Origin: Asterias rubens
Taxonomy: Eukaryota
Length of the DNA stretch: 64,000 nucleotides
Assembly (NCBI RefSeq): GCF_902459465.1
Contig: NC_047082.1
Coordinates: forward strand, 2,542,001 to 2,606,000
Direction of reading: 5' to 3'
This document shows positions 37,427-47,900 of this stretch, one piece after another (the first letter of the stretch is position 1; each line of letters begins with the position of its first letter). The notes under the pieces were generated by a model, which was not told where the DNA came from, made no database searches, and saw only the letters and a list, made by a program, of their open reading frames with translations. The position numbers were made by a program, and so were the translations under genes.

Positions 37427-37810
37427 CTGGACATTGGGGGGGGGGTCGCTGCTGACAAATACAGGGTTTCAACTTCAAACACTAGAGTGATTCTAACAAC
37501 GGAATGTCAACACTCTCTTTATCGTTCGCCTTGATGTTTATTGTTGCAAAATGAAAAACACGCGTTTACGAACGTGACTATCGCCCCTAGGGTGAACATG
37601 TACATGTATAGCCAATGTAGTTATTAGTACTCGTAGAAGGGTTACATTTCTTAATGACACATTTCGAGTCCTAATCATTTTTATGAAGTGTTTATTTGAA
37701 ATGCATAAAGGATTATCTCCACCCCCGTTTACAAAATCTACAATCCCGGCCATATCTCGTTGGGCCCCCAGCCCCCCTTTCAATGTTAGTTCCCAATGTT
37801 GGTTCCGAAT

Positions 37811-38288
37811 GCCAGTGTCAGATGCAATTGTGTCCGCCATGCAATACTGTCCGCTCCGGACACTTTTGCATATGCAATCGTGTCCGGGGCTATGCAAAAA
37901 CCGTCCGGTGGACATGGATTGTGTATGACTGTACATGTATGTGCGAGCGTGCATGCACTGAACCTACGTATATGCAGCACGAATTATTCACGTATTATTT
38001 ATGATTTCCCATGTCATTCATGACATGCACTTAGCTTGTAAAAAATGGAGAACGTGTTCCGTCGACCAAGGGCGTTTAATTTACTGCAAGGGGGTTCTGC
38101 ACGGGGGCGGACCCAACTGCACAAGCAAATGTGTCCGTGCGGACACAATTGTGTTATGCAACAGCGTCCGGGCGGACACAATTACATTATGCAACAGCGT
38201 CCGGGCGGACATTATTGCATATGCAATAATGTCCTCCGGATAGTATTGCATAGAGTGCATAGAGGCCATAGTTGCATGCGACACCGGT
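37811..38288. mobile_element. MITE family G, second copy
   Basis: Direct near-duplicate of 35831-36319. Confidence 0.8.
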
Positions 38289-38759
38289 CTTTACAGTCAA
38301 CATTCAACATTGAGCGGGGGGACGGGGGGGCGGGGAGAAAATGTTTATTGTCAGTGGGAAGTGGATATGAAAGGTTTTATATAACGTTAGAAATGGGTGG
38401 CCCAAGCATTTTGGCCGGGATTGTAGATTCCAAAAAAAAAATTATTTGCGTTCGCCTAGCAACTATAGACCTACATATATTTTGAGGTATAAAGATTGAC
38501 AGCAAACACCATTACTTTAATCACAAGGTCATTGTTGACGACTCTATCGGCAAAAAGGCACTCAGTGTGTTTAACCTTTGAATTTAGAAAATAATTATGA
38601 GCTTTTTCCGCATAGTGTTTTTGTTCAAAACACTTAAGGATTAACCTAGAAAAGCTTGTTCCCACTTATTCTTATCATTGATACAAATAAATGTTCATAA
38701 ACATCAGATATTCTGGTTTGTGTTTCTTGTTTTCTTGATCGATATAACAAGGTCCTAAT

Positions 38760-38932
38760 GAACGTCATTGGATTCCCCCCCCCCCCCCCCCCCCCCCGCA
38801 ACAAAAATAAAATTAATCACCGGTAAAGTTGAATACCGCCCTCTATTGTCAACGAAGCGGACGAAGGCCGCCATTTTCAAAACCAACACTCCAAACAGTT
38901 TCAAGACAAGTCTAGTCTTGTTCTGTGTCATA
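38760..38932 (+). promoter_or_regulatory. Probable MCPH1 promoter / 5' UTR
   Basis: Non-repetitive DNA just upstream of the proposed ATG. It holds ATTGG (CCAAT on minus) near 38768, a C23 run at 38775-38797, a CTCF-like ACAATAGAGGGCGG on minus (~38836-38849) and a YY1-type GCCGCCATTTT at 38867-38877. Confidence 0.55.
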
Positions 38933-41900
38933 ATGGAGTTCATACGGAAGAGAAAGTCTTCGAATTGTTTGTCTCTTCAGGTAATGATGATTGGCTTATT
39001 AACACACATTTTTTAATCAGTATGTCGACCATATTTGTTCTAGCTAAAACAAAAGTTCAAAAAAAGAAGAAAAAAAATGACGAGAATTAAACGTACGATT
39101 TTTTGTGTGTTACTAACCAGTGACGATGTATGGCTTATTTATAATAACTTATCTGTTTTTGTTTCGGCTCTATTTTAAAATGGGTGCTTATCAGCAACTT
39201 AGGAAAAGTTTCCGTATGGTGCCACCACTTTTTCATTCGATATGAAATAATATAGTATCTTATTTACCTCAATTGAATTAGATAACCCTTTTTGTAAAAA
39301 TTAGTGATAAAGTGGTGGCGCCATACGGAAAGTTATCCGCAACTTAGTATAAGGACCTGTTGATAAGAGATGTTTAGAGCCATATATTAATATTTTTAAT
39401 TTAATAAATATCTTGATCTTGAAATGATGCCAAACTAAATTAAAAACTTAGCAGCAGCAGGGCTGAATAACTTGGGCTAAATCATTCTGAATTATATTTT
39501 GAATAGCACTCCGCAAATTCACATTTTCTCATTATTGGTCGTACTACTACTAGCTACTTACTAGCTAGTAGTAGTACAACCACTTGCTCTATCTATGTGG
39601 TACAACCGATAACGACAAATTCGAAAAAGAGTACAGTGCCCCAGTAACTGGGTCTTCATGCAATCATGGAGGTACGGTAGGAATGATCTACTGTACTATC
39701 TACTAACTAACAACAAGATTTTGTTCATGTCCAAGCTTTATGTTAACTCGCGCATGTAATAATAATAATAATTTGGGGGGCTAATCATCCTTAATACTCG
39801 CAGCTAAGAGCTGAATTGCGAAGGACGTGGCTACAACGTGTTCGGGAAGCAGGCATGCAAGGGCGCATTTGGCTGCCAGCCACATCAACCCATTATGACC
39901 ACAGAGCACAGCCAAGATCGAAAGTGTTTGATTTTTCCCGAGGGAGGAAAACCAGATGTTCTGGAAAACCCTCGTAGCACAGCAGATAACCAACGCACAA
40001 CTCAACTCACATATGGCCCCGTCCAGGAATCAAACCGGGTCACCTTGGTGAGAGGCGAGCGCTTTACGGAAACGCCAACCGTGTGCATGTACTAACTGTG
40101 TAGTTTTGCACCCAGATTTGGAAGTGTCGTGGCCGAGCGGTTAAGAGCACTGTATTCAAACTCTGGTGTTTCTGATCAGCAGAGTGTGGGTTCGAATCCC
40201 CAGCCGTGACCCTTGTGTCCTTAAGCAAGACACTTAACCATTGCTTCGTCCTTCGGATGGGACGTAAAGCCGTTGGTCCCATGTGTTGTGTAACGCATGT
40301 AAAAGAACCCAGTACACTTATCGAAAAGAGAAGGGGTTCGCCCTGGTGTTCCAGGCTGTTGCTTCTGTATGCACCGTAGCACCTTGTAAACCCTTATAAG
40401 GTGCTAAAAGTAGGGTCTCAGAATTCATCACTGCAATGACCTATTATTTATGTAATAACCTCAACACTAGATCAGGAAAACTGACAGGTAAATTTTAAAT
40501 AACTTTTGGTTGAACAAAGAAAATATGAAGAGGGCGCTCTCTCCAACTATATTTTTGTTACTGAGTTCAAAGTTTTGTTTTAATTGTTAAAAAATTGTTT
40601 GTTTGTTTGTTTGTTTTTTAGAAGCCGAAGCATCATGATTCTCTGACACTGGATGCTTCCATTACCAGCCCGGGGGTGAGCAGTTCTGCCGATGAGGCCA
40701 TGCTCATAGACAGCGATAATGAGAATGATATTCCTGACATGGAGCCATTGGATAACAGAGTACTAAAGGGTAATCACTGGAGACGCCCTCCTGATTCCGC
40801 GAAAATACAGGGCTCAAAATTAACACTGTCTGATTTTTATAGTTGGGTCTGTTTATCTGAATAAATTCAATCAATCAATTATTCAACCTTGTTTCTTCCT
40901 AGATGTTGTGGCTTATGTTGAAGTCCGAACAAAAACGGAGAATCGTTCAAACAGCGTCAGGAAACAGCTGGAGCGTCTTGGGGCAACGGTAAGTTTCTTT
41001 TGTCACTCAAGATATAAAAAAATGTGTGCACTCCCCATAGACTTTAACCTTAATAGTGAAAAAGTCAGACTAAATCTGGTATTTAACCCAACTAAATCAG
41101 AAGTTTGAAATGGGTGTCAAGAACTGCAGACAAAATTAAAGATTAGGCCTTCAGGTTGCAAATGTTTAACAACAACCATTTGCTCTTGCTAACAATTTCC
41201 ACTAAATCGTTATCTTTTTGGTTTTTACTCACTGTATATAGTGTTTTTCAAATCTTTCACAAACATAATCCAATGACTACTCGGTGGGATTTGAACCCAC
41301 GACCCCTCATCTTCTAGAGTAGACATTTTACCACTAAGCAAGGAGGGAGACTCGCAGGCCTCCAATTCCAACAACTTATTGAAACTTTTTGTTGTTCTGT
41401 TTTATTTGGTATCAGGTTGTGATGAGGTTCACTAATGATGAGCCGGTAACCCACGTCATTTGGAAAGACGGCAAGAAGAGTACTAAGGACAAGGCACTGA
41501 AGAGAGGGCTACATCTGGTCTCGGTGCTGTGGGTGGACAGGTATGTGTCTGATTAACAGTGACGGGGGAATTAGTAAAATATCTCCAAATATTGTCTACT
41601 CATTATCTTTGCCACTCTAGAGCAGATGTCTTAATGGCTGAAGAGCGGAGTTTGTGTCTGTATGCAGCAGGAATATAAAATAAGAGAAAAGGGAGATTAA
41701 GAGTATATTTTCCAGTACCTTCTGTCCCCTCTGTATACGGGTAAAACAAAGTGAGTGCGGTAGCCACATGCCTGTGCTGGCTAACCAATGGAATGTTCTT
41801 GTGGGTATTTACATCAGTCGTCTGACTTACTACAAAGAATCGAGGGCGCTCTGGCATAATCGGCGTTAAGTGGAGTGGTTGAATTCCCGGCCCTAAGCAA

Positions 41901-44900
41901 ATGAAAGCGTAAAAAAAGATAGATAGATCACTATTAATGGCAGTGGACACTATTGGTAATTACTCAAAACAGTTGTAAGCATAAAAACTTACTTAATAAC
42001 AAGCAATGGTGAGCTGTTGATAGTATAAAACATTGTGAGAAACGGCTCCCTCTGAAAAATAGTTTTTGAGAAGGAAGCATTTTTCCACGAATCTGATTTC
42101 GAGGCCCCAGAATTAGATTTTGAGGTCCTGAAATCAAGCATCTGTCAGCTGAAAGCACACAACTTCATTTGACAAGGGTGTTTTTTCTTCCATTATTATC
42201 TTGCAACTTCGACGACCAATTGAGTTCAAATAATCGTTATTTTATGCATATCGTTGGGATACTACAAGTGAGAAGATTGGTCTTTTACAATTACGAAGGG
42301 TGTCCAGTGTCTTGTCTTAAGATGTGTACCATTGTTAAATTCCATTTCATTCTCTCCACCCTTCCCAAAACAACAAATATTTTAAAGGATTTAGTTTATG
42401 CATTGAGGATAGAGACAAAAATATCCCCCCCCCCCAATAATATCAATAAATGAAATGGCTATTTTAGTTTGAATGTTTTAAATTATTTCAGTTGCAAGAG
42501 GAATCAACAACATGTGGCTGAGTCTATATTTCCTGTGACTGAAACAGACAATGGTAGTCCAGTTATCATTCCAAGGATAAAGGTACACCAAGTCAGCCTA
42601 AGGTTTTGGATAAAAATAATATTTTAGTTTCAATAAACATACCAATAGACTTAATAGACACAGTTTCAGAACTTGTTGCTAGCATTGACATTGAGTTTCC
42701 TGTCCTTGTTTATTATTCCTCAGCGTTTGAAGTCCATGCAGCCCAAATCATTTGAGGAAGATGTCCAGAGTAGCACAGAGAGAGCAGCTAGGAAGAGAAA
42801 GAGGAAGGCTCTCGTACAACCCTTAAATATCCGTCTGAACTCGCCCGGTAAAAACACTCTCTCTACCCCTTGGTGTTGTGGCAGAGCGGTTTAGGGCCGT
42901 GGGCCGAAGTCTTTATTGTACAGAATGTGGGTTCGAATCCTGGCCTGGTCGGTTGCGACATCTGTGTCCTTGAACAGGGCACTTTATCAATTGCTCGCAA
43001 CCAGTCGTAACAGTGTAAACTTTACTCAATGTTGGCCGGTGACCTGTTTTTGCTAAGCAAGATTTTCCTTTGCTTAGCCGGTTTTTGTGCCTTGACCCTG
43101 TTAACCACTTCAAGACATATTTTGCTGACTTATCAATCAATCAATCAATCAAGTCTGACTCCATGTAATCCCAGGCCTGGGCGTAGCAAAGTTGACAATC
43201 TTGTGTCTGTCCTTATTTTCACAGGTTTAGCGTCATCCAACAAGCCTCATGTCTACGTTGAAGAGACTCAAGATCCCTACACACCAGTAAGTCTGAAAAG
43301 TCAACCCTCCTACTACCTGACCATTTAATATCATCCACTGTGGTTTTGAATTAAGCCAACTTCCAAGTTATCATGTGATGAATGCAACTTAGCAATAGTA
43401 CACAATCAACCCTCCTACTGTCTGACCATTGGTTTTGAATGATAGATACACTATGCCAGCCTGCAATGATATAATGTGGTGACTGCTTAGCGCACAGTCA
43501 ACCCTCCTACTACCTGACCATTTAATATCATTCACTTTGGTTTTTAATTATAACAACTTCCAAGTTATTATGTGATGAATGCATCTTAGCAATAGTACAA
43601 AATCAACCCTCTTCTCTCTGACCATTAGCTTTGAATGATAGATGCACTATGCATCCTATATCAACATTAATCAACTTATTGGATTCAGGTGGCTTTCATT
43701 TCATTTAATTCAATTGATTTTTCATTTATTTATTTATTTTCCTGTACTAAATATTTTTGTAAGCGCTGTGATTTAGTTTTCTAAGTAGAGCGTATTTTAA
43801 ATGCCGTTTATTATTATGCCAGCCTGCAATGATATCATTTGGTGACTGCTTAGCGCACAGTCAACCCTCCTACTGCCTGACCATTTACTATTATCCACTG
43901 TGGTTTACCAACTTCCAAGTTATCACGTGATGAATGTATCCTAACAAATATACACGATCAACCCTCCTGCTGTGAGGCACTGGACACGTTTGGTAATTGT
44001 CAAAGACCAGTATTCGCACTTGGTGTATCCCATCTATGCATAAAATAACAAATTTGTGAAAATGTGGATTCAATTGGTCATCAAAGTTTTGGGTAATTAC
44101 CATTAGTGTCCAGTGCCTTTAAGCAGCACTATGAATTTCGGCCCTGGTGTATTTTAACAAGTCCTGTATCATATCACCATCAGGTTGGAACCCCTCAGCT
44201 ACCTGGGATAAAGTTGACTCCTTCGTTAATCCCTGACACACCGGCAAGTATGAGGGCGTGCTTAGACGCACTCAGTCGTGTCCGAAACAGTGGCAGTACG
44301 CGCATATCAGGTGTGTATAGTCCTTTTTTAAAGATAGAGGCCTCCATACTTTATTTATGTATTCTCTGCCTTGCTTTGTTTATTGGTTACTTCTTTTAAA
44401 ATTATTGTTATTGCTGTGTACTGTTTTTATGAAGTATGGAAATAATGTGAGTTTGAATAGAAAAGTAAAACTGAATTGGAGGCAAAATTGCCAAGACAAA
44501 TGCAATAAAAGTCACCAGTGAAAGTTTCAGTTGAATACTGTGTCTGCTGAGAAAACTCATGGTATTATTAAACAAATGTCAAATCCATGAGTCCTTGATG
44601 TAGGATGGAGTTAGTCCACTACGAGCCTTGTGGGGGAGAAGGAGGATCTTGTATTAGATGCATTGTTGTATGGGCAGCCAATGTAGAGCTCAAATGCTTG
44701 GGGTTATGTGTTCATGTTTCCTTGTGCGTGAGATGAGACGAGCTACGGTGGTCTGGATGCAGTCATCATAGAAACTGTGTCCTGGGCCCAATTTCATAGA
44801 GCTGCTAAGCACCAAAATTTGCTTAGCATGAAATTTCTTCCTCGTGATAAAAACAGGATTACCAACCAAATTTCCACTTGATTTTCATGATAAGCAAACA

Positions 44901-47900
44901 ACAGTTGAACACCGAAACCAGCAATATGCAACAAATGGAGATTTGGTTTGGTAATCCTGTTTTTATCAAAGAATAAGTTTCATGCTAAGCAAATTGTTGT
45001 GCTTAGCAGCTCTATGAAATCGGGCCCTGATGTAATCAATCAAGCAATCAAAAGAAATTCATAAAGTGCCAAAATCAAAAGGTTACTCTAAGGGGCTGAT
45101 GTATGGGCACAAACAGAAGAAACGTTAGTGATGATACACCTCCTGAAACAGGTGAGCTTTCAGGAGTGTCTTGAATGTTTGCAGTAAAGTGGTATCTCTG
45201 ATATATTGTTGAAGTTTGTTCCAGATTCTGGGTCCTTATAAATGTGAGGAGGTATTTAATGTTGCCAACCTTTATTGTCATCTCGTTGTTTTCTGATGTT
45301 TTGTGGAATTTCACAGAGAGACTGACCGTTGGTGACTCACCAACATCCGGCGCAAAGCCAGATATTCTGCAGAAGAAATTAAGTTTCAGTCCGTCGGTTG
45401 ACACAGAATCTACGTCCGCACCCAGCACTGAGGCTACAAATGCAAAATCTGCAGACAGGAATAAGAAGAAAGGTAGTAGCTAGTATTTAATGATTTATGA
45501 TTCTGCATTTGTTGTCTAAACTCAAACTTTTTAGGTAAAAAAGTAGCTGCTTTTTTTTCCTTCAGATACAAAAAGTCATGCTTTTATTTTTATTTTTTGA
45601 GTGCAGAGAATACAGGGGTGGATTTCAAAAAGAGTTAAGACTAGAGTTATGTTGAGTGAGGACTAGCCTTAAGTTTTTAATATTTCCTAGGGTTAGTCCT
45701 AAGTTAGAACTCTCGTTGTGAAATCCGCCCCTGTGGTCCCATAAGTTCCTTGGAATCTCTAACTTTAGGGGTTACCAAACAGTTGAACGTACTTCCTAAC
45801 ATTTGGATCCATCATTGGAAATGGTTCTGGACCTGACCTTTACTTCAACCTTTTTGGTTGAGTGAAAGTAGGTTAGATGGTACAGCTTTTTGTGGGTGCT
45901 ATCGGCATTTTTGTAGAAGCTGTTTCCAGCCACTAAGGCCTCTTAAAAGTTTAAACTCAAAACTACAGTCGCCCACAATTCATATATTTCAATTTTGTGA
46001 TTTTGTAAAATGGTTTTCTTTTATGAAATCCTTCAAAGACATTGCTTAAAAGATGATGATGATATTTATTTTGGTTTTACCCATTTACACCGATGTGTAT
46101 TAACACTGTATACTATTATATAAAAGTACTTTCCCGACTTCTGTGAAAAAAAATCACAGGCATATTACTCGGGTGGGATTCGAACCCACGACCTTTGCAA
46201 TTCTAGAGCAGTGTCATTCCAACTAGACCACCGAGATTGAAAATTATACCTGACATTCAACCATCCTTTATGTCTTTAAGGTCGAAGGTCAGAAGCAATC
46301 CAAGGGTCAGCCAAGAAGGTCTCCCCTAAGATGCGAAGATTATCGCTACGAATCGAGACCAATTTGAGCGAGCTCGAAGCAGATGAAGACAGCTGCCTTA
46401 AAGCAATGGACCATCCCGATCCAAAAACAACATTAGCTCAGAGAAATCTGATCCCTCTGTCCAAGAAATCTGGGAATCAATCAGATCCATCCAAAACCAG
46501 AACGACTAAGAACGTCTCTTTTATAAAAGAGCAGTCTGATTCACGTCCCGAGCCCGCGATGCCGAGCCAGAGAAAGCGTAAACTTCTGTCATCCAACGCG
46601 GACGCTGGGCTGAATCAGGTTCTAACTGAGCCAACTAAATCCAGCAAGAAGGAAAACCAACCAAAGGAGTTTAGACGTTCCTCTAAGTCGTCTAGAAAAC
46701 TCAGCGAGAAGTTCGACAGGGATTGCGGGAGCTCAGACCTCTCAGAGAAACAACAAGGAGACCAGACTGAGAACACTTCAGAGATCTCAAAAGGGCTGGA
46801 GAAACGGAAGAAAGAGCCCAGGCGCTCTTCTAAGTCATCTAAGAACCTTGGTGAGAAATTCAACAACTCGAGGGACAGTAAAATTATTCCTACAGGCCAA
46901 TCCAATAACCAAAGTGGTGACTTGACCGACAGATCTCCTAACCAAGATGAACTTGTGTTGACCTCGATCAAGACATCCGAGGGTAAGAAGTCTTCCAGGG
47001 GGGTGAAGGGAACAAGGAAGAGAAAGACGGATGATTTATCATCGGGTTCATCGGAGGAAGAAACTGGGAAAGCCGCAAAGAAGAGAAAAGGTGAGTTGGC
47101 AAATTTTCTCAGAACTATAAGGGATTGAGTAAGGAATGCTCGATCCCAACAGAGGCATTAACATTTCTAGTGTTCCCTTACAATGCATGGTGATTCTCAA
47201 AATCTATTATTCTGGTCCAAAATTGCCCTGAAACAATCGCTGCAAAGACTATACGAGCAAGGGTGTTTATGTTTTAAGTTTAGGTTTTCCGTCAAATACT
47301 TTTCTTATATTTTGTTCAAACAAGCTGATACAAAAGAAGTCTTGCCAGCATCGTCAACAGAGGGACCCCACGCACCAAGCAAAGGTGGTGTCACATCAAG
47401 CAGAAGAAGCCTTGATGACTTCTCCCAGCGAAAAAAACGTATCGGCCGTCTCAAGACCAAAGGACGATCCAAGCCCCGTGGCAACAGGACTGTCTCCTTA
47501 GCAACCCCGCGTCCGGATACCCGAGAGAGCAGCAGTGAAGACGACATCTCAGCGATCTTGAGAGGGAAAAAGGGAAGTCGATCATTGTCTCTGATCAGCA
47601 AGTTTTGGTTAGACTCTTCATCAGATGGTTCAGAGAGTAGTGTTTGTCGTGAGAAGGGCGCACGGCAAGGCAAGAGTAAAACCAGCAAGAAGGGAAAGGT
47701 TAGACTGCCTGTTTTGATTTTGACAATGGAAACTTAATGGTGTGATTTCCCAATTTCTTTACTTTATAAAATTGTCGCAAAACTTTGGGGAGCATTGCAA
47801 AAGTCCAAACAGTAGGAACGTTTTAAATGGATAGGTTAAGTATTCCAGTGGGGCGGTCCAATGGCCTGTTGGAACGTTCCATTGGATGACTTCTGTCTTT

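Noticed and set aside
45117-45151. Strong donor CAG|GTGAGC inside an MCPH1 intron
   Set aside because: No acceptor in the needed phase with a pyrimidine tract; exons 44184-44310 and 45317-45472 join in frame without it.
46615-47688. Minus-strand ORFs of 118 and 127 aa
   Set aside because: Antisense shadows of the S/K/R-rich MCPH1 exons.
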